Shown here: piece after piece, positions 20,897-31,082 of the stretch | Layout of the letters: each line of letters starts with the position of its first letter | How positions within the stretch are numbered: the stretch's first letter is position 1 | DNA from: Candidatus Sericytochromatia bacterium | Lineage (GTDB): Bacteria; Cyanobacteriota; Sericytochromatia; S15B-MN24; JAQBPE01 | Direction of reading: 5' to 3' | DNA: 64,000 nucleotides | Assembly (NCBI GenBank): GCA_035285125.1 | Contig: JAYKHR010000045.1 | Location: 128,001 to 192,000, forward strand | Translations under genes and position numbers: made by a program | Notes under the pieces: model-generated | Database searches by the model: none | What the model saw: the letters and a program-made list of their open reading frames with translations, nothing else | Told to the model about the DNA's origin: nothing

Positions 20897-21316
20897 TCAG
20901 GCGGCCTGCACGCTACGGGCCTGGAAGCGGAGCAGCACCTCCAGCTGAGGCTCGCGCAGCACCTCTTCCTCGACCAGCAGGGTGCCGAGCGGCTTGCCCG
21001 TGGCCCGCTGCAGCTTCAGCGCGATCGCCACCTGAGAGGGCGTCAGCACCGCGTTCTCGATCAGCAGGTGCCCGAGCGGCTTGCGCGGCCCCGGCGCGAC
21101 GGCCAGCTGGCGCTGCAGGTGCAGGTAGGGGCCCAGCGTCTCGGCATCGCAGATCCCGAGTTCCAGCACCACGCGGCCGAAGGGCACGTACCCGACCTCC
21201 CCGCGCAGGGCCTCCCAGGCCTCGACGGCCAGCGCCAGCGTGGCCTCGTCGATCAATCCCTCGCGCTGCATGATCAGGCCGAGCAGCGGCTTGCGGGTCG
21301 GCGCGCCAACGGGCAT
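20897..21316 (-). CDS. Mirror copy of MshEN-like repeat protein
   Basis: Identical translation to 1375-1794. Confidence 0.7.
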   Translation of the reverse strand: MPVGAPTRKPLLGLIMQREGLIDEATLALAVEAWEALRGEVGYVPFGRVVLELGICDAETLGPYLHLQRQLAVAPGPRKPLGHLLIENAVLTPSQVAIALKLQRATGKPLGTLLVEEEVLREPQLEVLLRFQARSVQAA

Positions 21317-21677
21317 GGCGGTACTCCTGAGGGGGCGGGGCTGCTTCGGTCGTTGTCCCACCTGGCCGCGCTGGGGTTGCGTGTCACAACTCAGGCTTTG
21401 CTGAACCTTAACCGGTTGTGCGGACGGGGCCCGATCTTCCGGCCTTCCGGGCGATCTGGTTAACCTTCCATTAATCAGCCAGGTGATGATGCCCGGGCAT
21501 AACTGAAACAGGGGGGCGGAGGCTGCTGCGCCGGACCCTCGGGAACTCGGAATCGGTCGGTTCGGGCCCCTTGCCTGCCACGACGGGTTAACACCGAACG
21601 GGCACAGGGCATGGAGATTGAACCGAAACGTTAAGCGGGGCCATCGGGCTCCCGTCGTGCTGATGAAGGAGGGTCTT

Positions 21678-23054
21678 GTGAGCTCGAACCAAACCAACCC
21701 CTGGCTCACGCGCTACCGGGGGCGCCTCACGCTTACCGCTGCCGCCTTTGCCGTGGCGGCCTGGGGCTGCGCCAACCCCGCGGCAAACCTGGGTGGCAAC
21801 CAGACGCAGGGGGTCGCCCCCCGCGGCACCGGCACCGTCAACCAGGGCAAGGGTGGCCCGCAGTTCCTCTCTCCTGAGGACGTCCCCGGCCTGAAGGCGC
21901 CTGGCAAGACGGACACGGCCGCGGGCCCGGCGCCCGGGACGGCCGGACAGGTGGCAGGCCCTGCCGGGACGACCCCAGGCGCTGCGGGAGCTGCAGGTGC
22001 GCTGCCCGACTACGCGCCGCCGACCCAACCCGTGGTGGTCAACGCGGCGGCTGCGCCGGGCTTCACCGACGTGCCCGTCTCCAACCTGCCCTTCAACGCG
22101 GCCAAGCCGCTCACCGAGGCCGTCAACTGGACGCGCCCCTCGGTCTATGTCGACCCCAAGGTGGGTGAGGTCTTCCCGAAGGGCGGCGATGCCACCATCG
22201 TCGGACGGATCATCGACGACAAGGGCAATCCCGCGGCGAACGTCCCTGTGATGACGGAGCTCCAGCAGACCACCACCAACGCTGACGGCTGGTACCAGAT
22301 CAAGGCCAAGCCCTCGCCGGCTTCCCCCATCCGCGTCGGCTCGAACGCGGCTGGCTACGTGCCCTTTGACGACTTCCTCGGCGTCTACCCCAACGAGACC
22401 GCCACCTACCACACGCAGGTGCTGCGGCTCGACCGGCAGGTCACCCGCATCAACATCGCGCAGGGCGGCGTGGCGCACAGCACGCCCCTGACGGGCACCG
22501 TGGCGGCGGGCGTCACCAACGCCTCCGTGCTGGACCCTGCGCGGGCCTTCGGCTTGTTCGCCGCGCTGACGGACGAGGAGCTGTACACGGTGTATATGGA
22601 GGTCCCCGCGGGGGCGCTTCAGATGCCCGACGGGGAGGAAGAGACCGAAATCCGCCTGACGTGGCTCAACCCCCTGCCGCGCGACGGCAAGCCCTACGGC
22701 GACCTGTACGGTCCGCTTCAGACCTACACGCTCTGGAACGACTCGACGCAGTCCCCGACCCCGACCGATCAGATCGCCCCCTTCCTGCCCGTCAACTTCG
22801 CCGACCTCGACCTCGGCGGCGCCGTGATCAAGCCGGGCGCGGAGGTCAAGGTGAAGTGGGTCGTCGGCAAGGAGGTCGAGAGGCAGTACCCGATCTCGCT
22901 GACCAACGGCCAGGCCTTCTTCCCCTGCTACCAGTACGACTTCGGGACCGGCTGGACGAAGCCCGTGCTCGCCACCGTGTTCCAGGAGCGCGGGTACTTC
23001 TGGGCGACCTACACGATGCGTGGCTCCAACTCGCCGGCGGTGGTGACGAACTAG
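21678..23054 (+). CDS. Lipoprotein with carboxypeptidase-regulatory-like (transthyretin-like) domain
   Basis: GTG 21678 after AAGGAGGG. Lipobox AAWGC, Ala/Gly/Pro linker, IVGRIIDDKGNPAANVPV...TTTNADGWYQI. Confidence 0.75.
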   Translation: MSSNQTNPWLTRYRGRLTLTAAAFAVAAWGCANPAANLGGNQTQGVAPRGTGTVNQGKGGPQFLSPEDVPGLKAPGKTDTAAGPAPGTAGQVAGPAGTTPGAAGAAGALPDYAPPTQPVVVNAAAAPGFTDVPVSNLPFNAAKPLTEAVNWTRPSVYVDPKVGEVFPKGGDATIVGRIIDDKGNPAANVPVMTELQQTTTNADGWYQIKAKPSPASPIRVGSNAAGYVPFDDFLGVYPNETATYHTQVLRLDRQVTRINIAQGGVAHSTPLTGTVAAGVTNASVLDPARAFGLFAALTDEELYTVYMEVPAGALQMPDGEEETEIRLTWLNPLPRDGKPYGDLYGPLQTYTLWNDSTQSPTPTDQIAPFLPVNFADLDLGGAVIKPGAEVKVKWVVGKEVERQYPISLTNGQAFFPCYQYDFGTGWTKPVLATVFQERGYFWATYTMRGSNSPAVVTN

Positions 23055-23123
23055 GGCGGCCCGCCCCTCTCGTTCGTCCGACAGCTGCAGAGCTTGCCTG
23101 ATTCAAGTCGAAAGGAAGATTCC

Positions 23124-23876
23124 ATGCTTCAGATGTTCAACCGCCGCACCCTCGTGCTGGCTTGCGCCACCCTCGTCGGCTCCACCCTGCTCCCCGCCAT
23201 CCCGGCCGAGGCCGGCATGGGCACGGGCCGCAACCCGCCCCCCCCGCCGCCGCCGGCCAACATCTCCAACCGGCTCTACGAGGGTTCGAGTGACTCGAAC
23301 CTGGGCGCCAAGGGCTTCCCTGGCATCACGGTGCTGCACTACCGGTCCTCGTACGACGGCCGGACCTCTACCACCACCACCAACAACGGCGCCTTCAAGT
23401 ACACCATCCGGCAGGGTGACGCCGTCGGTCACCGGGCCCGCATGTTCGGCATCAGCAGCGGCTACGTCACGGGCGACATCATCATCGCCACGGACGCCGT
23501 GGTCCGCTTCACGGTCGCGAGCAACGAGCCCGACTTCAACCAGCTCGCCGGGTCCGGCATGGTGACCAAGTGGAAGATGGACTACATCTTCCGGCGCGGT
23601 GGCGCCAGCCCCGAGAACTATAGCGGCGACGTCTCGCTCGACTACGCCAACCGGGCCTTCAGCCAGCGATTCGTCCCGCGCAACCTGACGGCCCAGCCCA
23701 CCGTCGAGCCGCCGCCGAAGGTCACCTTCGAACTCAAGAACCTCGTGGGCACGGACGACTCGGGCCGGCCGCTGCTCCGATGGGTCGATGAGCCTGCCGC
23801 GGGCATCAGGGACCTGGCCCCCGGCGAGAACTTCACGATGACGCTCAAGAGGTTCATCGCCGTCGTGGAGAAGTGA
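23124..23876 (+). CDS. Secreted hypothetical protein (possible Tat signal, poly-Pro linker)
   Basis: ATG after AAAGGAAG. FNRRTLV + hydrophobic core + AEA cleavage site. Strong GC3 coding bias. Confidence 0.75.
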   Translation: MLQMFNRRTLVLACATLVGSTLLPAIPAEAGMGTGRNPPPPPPPANISNRLYEGSSDSNLGAKGFPGITVLHYRSSYDGRTSTTTTNNGAFKYTIRQGDAVGHRARMFGISSGYVTGDIIIATDAVVRFTVASNEPDFNQLAGSGMVTKWKMDYIFRRGGASPENYSGDVSLDYANRAFSQRFVPRNLTAQPTVEPPPKVTFELKNLVGTDDSGRPLLRWVDEPAAGIRDLAPGENFTMTLKRFIAVVEK

Positions 23877-23889
23877 CGGGACATCCACC

Positions 23890-25140
23890 TTGGCACCTCG
23901 AACCCTGACCTCTGACAGGCTTCGGAAGGCGTGGGCGTGGGGGCTTGCAGCCCTCACGCTCGGCTTTTTGAGCCCGGCGCCCGCGGGGCATGCCAGGCCG
24001 GCCGCGCCGGACCTGCGGGGCCCCTTGGTCTTCGTCTCCAACGTCTTCGAGGGCACCGTCACCATCATCGAGCCGGCGCGCAACCGGGTCCGCAAGGTGG
24101 CGACGGGGGCCCTGCCGCACAACTGGTCCCGCTCGCCAGATGGGCGTGAGGTCGTGGTCATGAACACGGGCTCGGAGAGCGTGTCGTTCTTCGATGGCCG
24201 CACCGGCGAGTTCAAGCGCCACATGCTGGTGGCCCCCATCCCGAAGATTCCTCCCCATGAGGCCCTGGGGCCTGCCAAATTCGCCGGCAAGACCAGCTGT
24301 CACGAGTGCCACGGGCAGGCGAACCTGGGCCGCCTCTCGGCCCAGGCCCTCTACACCCGCGACGGGCGGTCGCTCTGGACGGTGCCGTTCAGCCCGCCGG
24401 GGGTGGTGCGCGTCGACGCGCGCACGGGGCAGCACCTCGAACGCCTGGAGGTCGCCCCGTTCCCCTTCGACACCCAGGTGTCCAGCCTGAACTACACGCC
24501 CGACGGCAAGGAGCTCGTCGTGCTGCACCGGCGGCGCGGCAAGTCGGGGCTGCCGATGGAGGGGGCGACGGGCAACGGTACCGTGCCCGTCACGCGCTTC
24601 GACCACGACTCGCCGCCGGGCAACCGGGCCAGCGGCATCACCTTCCACACGGCCGACGGGCGCCGCGAGCTCGGGCGGCTCATCGTGCCGCTCACGATGC
24701 CCTACAAGGTCGACTTCAGCCGGGACGGCCGCTTCATGTACGCGGCCTACCGCTCGACCAACAAGGTGGTCGAGATTGACGTGGCCAAGCGGCAGATCGC
24801 CCGCACCCTGGTGGTGGGGGAGGGCCCCCACAACGCGGTGGTGGACAAGCGTGACGGCAAGTGGCTGTACGCCCCGAGCTTCTACGACGAGCCGCCCGAG
24901 GTGGTCAAGGTGGAGCTTGCGACGGGCAAGGTGCGCGCGCTGCTGCCGGCCAAGGTCTCTCCGGCCATGGTGGCGCAGGACCCCGACACGGGCCTGCTCT
25001 ACGTCGTGGCCAACGCCACCAACCGCGTGCTCGAGCTCGATCCCAGGGGCAAGGGCAAGCTGCTGCGCGAGTGGGGCGCAGGAATGTTTCCCCTCGACAT
25101 CCTGGTGGTCGCGGAGAGCGAGCGACGGGCCGTTCGCTGA
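23890..25140 (+). CDS. YVTN/YncE-type beta-propeller protein with one CxxCH heme-c motif
   Basis: Signal peptide. Blades VFVSNVFEGTVTIIE...TGALPHN, FSRDGRFMY, VGEGPHN. CHECH at 24298-24312. Confidence 0.8.
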   Translation: MAPRTLTSDRLRKAWAWGLAALTLGFLSPAPAGHARPAAPDLRGPLVFVSNVFEGTVTIIEPARNRVRKVATGALPHNWSRSPDGREVVVMNTGSESVSFFDGRTGEFKRHMLVAPIPKIPPHEALGPAKFAGKTSCHECHGQANLGRLSAQALYTRDGRSLWTVPFSPPGVVRVDARTGQHLERLEVAPFPFDTQVSSLNYTPDGKELVVLHRRRGKSGLPMEGATGNGTVPVTRFDHDSPPGNRASGITFHTADGRRELGRLIVPLTMPYKVDFSRDGRFMYAAYRSTNKVVEIDVAKRQIARTLVVGEGPHNAVVDKRDGKWLYAPSFYDEPPEVVKVELATGKVRALLPAKVSPAMVAQDPDTGLLYVVANATNRVLELDPRGKGKLLREWGAGMFPLDILVVAESERRAVR

Positions 25141-25147
25141 CGGCCCG

Positions 25148-26488
25148 TCACTTCTGCGTGATCTTGCGGATGCGGTTGTTGCCGTAGTCGGCGACGAGGA
25201 TCTCGCCCGTCGGCATCACGAGCAGGTCGGCCAGGCTGCGGAACTGCGCGGTGGTGAGCGCGTCGCCATCGACGAAGCCCTCTGTTGTAGACCGTGCGAG
25301 CACCTCCTTGGTGCCCGAGGCCTCCTCTTTGCGCTCGACGGTGCGCAGCACCTCATCCGACACGAACAGGTAGGGGCCGAAGAGCAACACGTCCGCTGGC
25401 GCGAAGAGCCCGGGGAAATCCACCGTGGTCACGGTGCCCTGATTCCCCGCGAGCACCACCTTGCGGATCTTCTCGTTGCCCGAGTCCGCGACGTAGAGCG
25501 TGTCGTTGCCCACGGCGAAGCACCCCTTCGGAACGCTGAAGCGGGCCGTCTCGCCCGTGCCGTCGGCGTTGCCCAGCACGCCCGCCTTGCCCGCCACCGT
25601 CACCACCGCGCGGGTCGCCAGCGTGACAAGCCGGATCGTGTTGTTGCCGGAGTCCACCACCCACAGCTTGGTCTGGTCGGCCGTGAGGGCGATGCCCGAG
25701 GGGCCGTTGACCTCGGCGGTGTCGGCCTCGCCGTCTGCGAAGCCCTGGCCGCCGTTCCCGATGATCCAGTCCGTGATGGGCTTGCCGGCGGTGTCCACCG
25801 TCCCTGGCTTGTGCTTGCGGATGCGGTGGTTGGCGGTGTCGCTGATGTACACGACGCCGTCGCGTCCCACGGCCACGTCCTCGGGGCTGCGCAGGCGCGC
25901 CGCGTCGTTGGGCGTCGTGAAGGTGCCGTCTCCCAGCACCGTCGTCACCTGCCCGTCCTTGACCTTGCGGACCATGTGGTTGCCCGTGTCGGCGACGTAC
26001 ACCGCCCCGTCGGGACCCAGGGCGAGCCCCTTGGGCTCCTTGAAGGTGGCCGTGCCGTTGGCGGCGCCGTTGACCATCCCCACGGCCCCGGTGCCGGCAA
26101 ACGTGCCGACGGTGGCGTTGCCGGGGGACGGCAGGTTGGAGGGGACGGGCGTCGAGGCAGGGCTGGCGCTGGCCGCGGGGGTGACGGGGGCGGTCCCGCT
26201 GGCGCTGGGGGTTGGGGTGGGCGTGGTGAGGCCGCTGGCTGAGGGCTTCGGGGTGCCCGGTGGCGAGGCCGAGGCCGGAGGTGAGGCGCTGGCAGGCGTG
26301 AGGGACGGCTTGGGTGTGCCCGGCGGCGACGCGGTCAGCGACGCGGCGGGCGTCGCCTTCTTCTGAGGCCGGCTGGTCCCTGCCTTGCCGGCGCCCTCGG
26401 AGGTGGTCGGCGGGGCCGCCGTGCAGGCCGCCAGCACCACCACGGTGGCGAGCGGGGCGTGGAACCAGGAACGCTGAAGAGGGAACAT
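25148..26488 (-). CDS. NHL repeat lipoprotein
   Basis: Lipobox VLAAC, Pro/Ser/Thr linker, FKEPKGLALGPDGAVYVADTGNHMVRKV-type repeats. Confidence 0.88.
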   Translation of the reverse strand: MFPLQRSWFHAPLATVVVLAACTAAPPTTSEGAGKAGTSRPQKKATPAASLTASPPGTPKPSLTPASASPPASASPPGTPKPSASGLTTPTPTPSASGTAPVTPAASASPASTPVPSNLPSPGNATVGTFAGTGAVGMVNGAANGTATFKEPKGLALGPDGAVYVADTGNHMVRKVKDGQVTTVLGDGTFTTPNDAARLRSPEDVAVGRDGVVYISDTANHRIRKHKPGTVDTAGKPITDWIIGNGGQGFADGEADTAEVNGPSGIALTADQTKLWVVDSGNNTIRLVTLATRAVVTVAGKAGVLGNADGTGETARFSVPKGCFAVGNDTLYVADSGNEKIRKVVLAGNQGTVTTVDFPGLFAPADVLLFGPYLFVSDEVLRTVERKEEASGTKEVLARSTTEGFVDGDALTTAQFRSLADLLVMPTGEILVADYGNNRIRKITQK

Positions 26489-26575
26489 CGACGGCTCTCC
26501 GACCCGGCGAGCGGCCCGGCCCGCCTGGTGGTCTCATACCCCAGCAGGCCGCTCGCGTCCCGCGCCGGGCCCGGC

Positions 26576-26608
26576 AAAAAGGCCCCGCCCCCGGGGGGAC
26601 GGAGCCTT
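26576..26608 (-). terminator. Intrinsic terminator downstream of the DUF4332 gene
   Basis: Minus strand reads GGCTCCGTCCCC-loop-GGGGCGGGGCC followed by TTTTT. Confidence 0.7.
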
Positions 26609-26625
26609 GGAGGGCGCGGAGCGCG

Positions 26626-27171
26626 TTACTCGGCGTCGGTCCGGGCGGCCAGGCGACGCGCCCCCTCCACCCACCTCGTCACGGTCGCGAGCGACGGCGT
26701 GCCGTCCACGAAGCGGGGCTTGAAGGTGTTGGCGATGGCCAGCCGCTCGTGCAGGTTGGCGGGGTCGCGGCGGGCGAGCTCCTGGACCGACTCGACGCCG
26801 ACGGCGGCGAGCAGGTTGCTCTGGCGCGGGCCGACGCCGGGCAGCTCCATCAGGGCGACCTTCTGCGACCAGGCGAGCACGAGCTTGTAGGGGATGTCCG
26901 CCTTCGCGGCGAGCGTCTGCCGCTTGTAGCGCGTGCCGGTGGCCGTCACCAGCTTGGCGGTGCTGGTGATGCCGGCCTCGCGCAGCTTCTTGCCATAGAC
27001 GGGGCCGATGCCCAGCAGGGTCTCGATCGAGTAGGCGCGCTCGGCCTCCAGCGCCGCGGACGCCTGGACGGGGGCCACCCGGACGGGGCCGGCGCCGGTG
27101 GCGCAGCCGGTCGCGGCGGCGAGCACGAGCACCGCGAGGGTGGGGGAGAGCAAGGGAAGTAGGGTGCGCAT
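26626..27171 (-). CDS. DUF4332 / helix-hairpin-helix domain lipoprotein
   Basis: Lipobox ATGC. IETLLGIGPVYGKKLREAGI, LMELPGVGP..LLAAVGVESVQELARRDPANL, PSLATVTRWVE. Confidence 0.8.
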   Translation of the reverse strand: MRTLLPLLSPTLAVLVLAAATGCATGAGPVRVAPVQASAALEAERAYSIETLLGIGPVYGKKLREAGITSTAKLVTATGTRYKRQTLAAKADIPYKLVLAWSQKVALMELPGVGPRQSNLLAAVGVESVQELARRDPANLHERLAIANTFKPRFVDGTPSLATVTRWVEGARRLAARTDAE

Positions 27172-27441
27172 GAGTTGGAAGAGCTCCTGTGAAAGGTCGC
27201 GGGGCGACTTTAAATTTCCTGAATCAAGACTTAACTTTCCTTTAATTGTAGGCCCGAGCCGCCCGGACCTTTCGTCCCGCGGGCGAAAAATTTTTCATAA
27301 GCCCCGAGATCGTTGCTGCGAGGCCTGATCAAGACTGGTGGGGGGCTGGCCTGGCGGGGGCGGGCAGGCGCCCGCCAGGCCGCCGCTGAAACCGGATTGG
27401 AACCAGGGCCCAGGACAAGGCAGCCAGGAGGTCGTGATCCA

Positions 27442-28620
27442 ATGCCCGCAGTCTCCCCCCTGCAGCCCGTCCCCCGGCGATCCGAGCTGGCGCCGCCCCC
27501 CCCGCCGCGCCAGGGCGACGCCGTGCCCGCCGCGCCCGCGCCGGCCCCTGTCGCCTCGCTCCCGGCGAGGCCCGATGCCGCCTTGCAGGCCGCGCTCGAT
27601 GCCGCGGCGAGGCGCTGGGGGCTGTCGGCGGCAGGCATCGTGCTGGTCGAGCCCGCCACCAACCGGCTGGCGATGCGCCACGGCCAGGTGGCCTTCCCGG
27701 CGGCGAGCGTGATCAAGCTGCCGCTGCTCGCGGCCGTGCAGGAGGCCATCGAGGCCGGCCGCCTCGACCCCGCGGCCTCCGTCGCGGTGAAGGCCGCCAA
27801 CATGACGGGCACGTGGTCGCCGCCGGGCGACGCGCGTCCGCACCTGCGGCCCGGCACGCGGGTGTCGCTCGCCACGCTGCAAGACGTGCTGATCACCCGC
27901 AGCGACAACGTGGCGACCAACACCCTGCTCGATGGCCTCGACCGCACGGCCCTGGCCGCGGGCTTCAGCCGCTGGGGGGCGCCGGCGACGGTCCTGGCCC
28001 GCAAGCTCAGCGCCGGCAACACCGTGCGAGACGACGCCTCGCCGGGCGGGCGCAACCGCACGACGGCCCTCGACATGGCAACGATGCTGGTGCGGCTTCA
28101 GGCTGGCACCCTCGTCTCGCCCGCGGCCAGCGCGCGCATGAAGGCGATCCTCGGCCGCCAGCTCGACCATGACAAGATCCCGGCCGGGCTGCCCCGCGAC
28201 GCCCGCGTCTACCACAAGACGGGCGAGACCTCCGAGGTCACGCACGACGTCGCCATCATCGAGGTGGCCGGGCGCAGCTACGTGCTCGCCGTGCTCACGC
28301 GGGAGGCGCCCGGGGGGAACACCTGGGCGCGCATCGCGGGCCTGACGCGGGACCTCCACCAGGCGGTGCTGGCGGCCCCCGCGACGCCCGCGCATCCGGG
28401 GGGGCTGCCGGCCGCGCCGCCGCCGCTGCCCGGGGAGCCGCCCCAGGCGGGGGAGGAGCCGGCCCTTGCGGCACCGCCGCCCGAGGCCACGGCGGGGCCC
28501 GCCAGCCTGGCGCCGCAGGCTGCACCGCGGCCTGTGGCGGCAATGCTTGCCGGGCTCGCCGCGCTCGCGGCGGGGGCCTCCCGGGTGCTCGGCCAGCTCG
28601 CCACGCGGATTCCGCGGTGA
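27442..28620 (+). CDS. Class A beta-lactamase-like serine hydrolase (Beta-lactamase2 / PBP-A-like)
   Basis: FPAASVIK (SxxK), SDN, HKTG motifs. AGGAGG RBS before ATG 27442. Confidence 0.85.
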   Translation: MPAVSPLQPVPRRSELAPPPPPRQGDAVPAAPAPAPVASLPARPDAALQAALDAAARRWGLSAAGIVLVEPATNRLAMRHGQVAFPAASVIKLPLLAAVQEAIEAGRLDPAASVAVKAANMTGTWSPPGDARPHLRPGTRVSLATLQDVLITRSDNVATNTLLDGLDRTALAAGFSRWGAPATVLARKLSAGNTVRDDASPGGRNRTTALDMATMLVRLQAGTLVSPAASARMKAILGRQLDHDKIPAGLPRDARVYHKTGETSEVTHDVAIIEVAGRSYVLAVLTREAPGGNTWARIAGLTRDLHQAVLAAPATPAHPGGLPAAPPPLPGEPPQAGEEPALAAPPPEATAGPASLAPQAAPRPVAAMLAGLAALAAGASRVLGQLATRIPR

Positions 28621-28624
28621 GCGC

Positions 28625-31082
28625 TCAGGGCTGGCCGAGCGGGGCGGGGCTCCGGCCCACCTCGCCCATCAGTTGGAGCAGGACCTCGAAGTTGTAGGTG
28701 TCGGCGACCTGGAAGTAAATGGCGTGGCGGCTTCCCGTTGCCCCGAAACGATGCTTTTCGAGGGCCGCCCCCATCCCGAAGCACACGCGCGTGGCCCCCA
28801 CCGCGCGAGCCCGTCCGATGGCGGCCCAGATCGCCTGCCGGTAGACCCCGTGAGACTCGACGTAGCGGTAATCCAGCCCCACCAGGAGCGGGACGTAGGG
28901 GCCCGGCCCCCGGTGCGCGGCCAAGAAAGCCACGGGCTGCCCGTCTGCAGGCCCCCCCAGCTTCAGGGGGAACGTGGAGCAGCAGGAATTCCCAGGCCTG
29001 CCTCCCGTTCATCCGCTCGAAAAGTGCCAGGGGGAGCGTGAAGGTGTTGAGTTCGAAGCTGCGAGCCTGAACGTTGGCATACAGGCGGTGAAGGTAGCGC
29101 AACTCGTCCTGGCTCAGCGCCGGCGCCTCGCCCCCAGCCAGGCGAACCTTGAGCTGCGAGGTCCTGGGCAACACCTCTTGCTTGAGGAAGCGGCGCGACC
29201 GCCGCGTGAGGCGCGCCATGTAGTCGTCGAGCCTGTAATCCGGCGCCAGGTCGAGCACCATCGTTTCGGGCATCAGGTAGCGGGCGAAGCCTTGGGACAA
29301 CAGGTAGGCGTCCAACTCGGGATCCTCTGCGTCGAGGTCTCGCAGCACCAGCACCCGGGCGCCGTGGGATTGTTCCTCTGCGACGTCGCGAAGGATCAGC
29401 CGGAGCGCCTCTCGCCAGTCGCCCGTGCGGTCCAGGTAGAGGTGGTCCCCTTCGGTCAGCAGCGATCCCATCGCCAGGGTGCGTGAGGTCAAAAAGGTGG
29501 GGTCCTTCCGGCGCCGCTGCTCGGCGAGCCTCGACACGTCGGGAGAGGCGATCATGTCGTCCTTCCAGAGGGTCTCGGTGAAGAACGTGGCGGCAACGGC
29601 CTTCCCCGCGCCATCTCGCACGAGGTAATACAGGAACCGCCAGTTGTTTTCGGGGTGGGCTTGCCCCTCAAAGGTGGCTTCCAGGAGGGCCAGGGCCTCC
29701 GCGCCGAAGGTGCCGCGATTCCCCAGCAGCGCGTCCCACTCCTCGGCATCGAGCCGGGCGATGGAGGTGACCTTCTCGAGCCGCAGGTGCGTCGGTGTGG
29801 GCCTCGCGACGGCTTGCGGGTGCTCTGCCTCCCCGAGTTGAAACGCGGCCCGGACCTCTTCCAAGGAAGAACCTGCTTGCTGCAGGGCCAACGGCAGGTG
29901 GTGGGCCACCGCCTCTGCCAGCCGGCTGATGTCGTCGAGGCTCAGGTGCCGGGTCAGCGTGAGGCGCAGTCCCGCCCGCTTCATCGGGACCAAGGGGAAG
30001 ACCGCGACAGTCAGGTAAAAGCCCTCCCGCTGCAACCGCTCGACCATGTCGTAGCTGACCTGCGGCAGGCCTGTGGCGATGAAGCGGACGGGGCTCTCGT
30101 CCTGGGACACCAGGGGCAGCCCGAGTGCGTTGCAGACCCGGTTGCAGTGTCGGATGCGCTCCAGCAGCTCGTGCTGGAGGGCTGGAAACTCGGGGGACAA
30201 GTGGAGCCTGGCCGCGGCCACGGCGGCCCCGAGCATGGGAGGTTGGAGGGGCCCCGAGAAAATCAACGGTCCACCGCCCATGCGCACCCTGGCGCGCAGC
30301 TTCGGGTCTGGCAAGAGGAGCACGCCACCCGCGCAGGCAAAGGCCTTGTTCAGGGAGGTCGCCACCACCATCCTGGGGTGCAACGGCGTGTTGCCGAGCA
30401 CGAAGCCGCGCCCGTGCTGGCCGCACCAGCTCATGGCGTGGGCGTCGTCGACGTACAGGTGGAGCTGCTCGTGCTGCCCGAGCAGCTTCATCAGCGCCTC
30501 GATCGGCGCAAAGTCTCCGTACATGCTGTAGACGCCATCCGCCAGGTACCAGATGTGGCGGCGACGACCGCGTTCACGCACCAGGATGTCCTCCAGCTGG
30601 GCGAGGTTGTTGTGACGGATCACCTCCAGGCCGGCCCCGTGCACCCGCGCCAGGTTCGCCGCGTTCATCACGCTCGCGTGCACCTGTTGGTCGAGCACCA
30701 TCAGATCCGTGTCCTCGACCAGCGCCGGCAAGGCTGCGATGTGGCCGAGCGACGTGGTGGGCGTGGGCAGGGGGATGGCGTCGAACACGGCTTCCAGCAG
30801 CGCCTCCAGCTCCTTGTACGGAGGTGCGGAGACCGCGGCGCGTGAGGCGGAGAACTGGGTGCCGTAGCGGCTCACCGCCTCGATGGCGCCAGCCTTCAGG
30901 CGCTCATCGAGCTCCAGCCCCAGGTAGGAGCAGGATGCGAAGTTGAGCCATTTCTGGCCGGTCACGGTGATGCAGCGCCCGTCGAGGACCTCATCCTCGG
31001 CCGTGTGAAACAGGACCCCGCGTCGCGCGGATTCCGCAAACATCCCGAAGGCCAGGTCGACGTAGTCAGCGTGGCGTCTCAT
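28625..31082 (-). CDS. PLP-dependent alpha-oxoamine synthase (BioF/CqsA-like, aminotransferase I/II fold) fused to a C-terminal GNAT-like domain; frameshift at the C7 tract 28952-28958
   Basis: NFASCSYLGL, DQQVHAS, HNNL, DGVYSMYGD, VDDAH, SLNKAF (PLP lysine). Removing one base from the tract joins ...EAGG to PADGQPVAFL...GLDY...GMGAALEKHRFGA, giving 818 aa. Confidence 0.85.

Larger units (their letters stand above)
1..22690. repeat. Giant spacer-less inverted duplication (two 11,345-bp arms, centre 11345/11346)
   Basis: Every ORF in 1-11345 has an identical-translation mirror whose coordinates sum to 22691. Bases 1-10 (ttgccgtcgc) are the reverse complement of 22681-22690. The centre reads aaccgcgagctcgac|gtcgagctcgcggtt. 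Confidence 0.98.

Noticed and set aside
12168..22690. Treating the mirrored genes as real paralogs or a transposon with long terminal inverted repeats
   Set aside because: The arms appear identical, have no spacer, contain housekeeping-type genes and show no transposase or integrase.
28278..28950. C-terminal tail of the 934-aa ORF and a separate 102-aa gene at 28625-28933
   Set aside because: Both are products of the homopolymer frameshift. The 102-aa ORF is the true C-terminus of the fusion.
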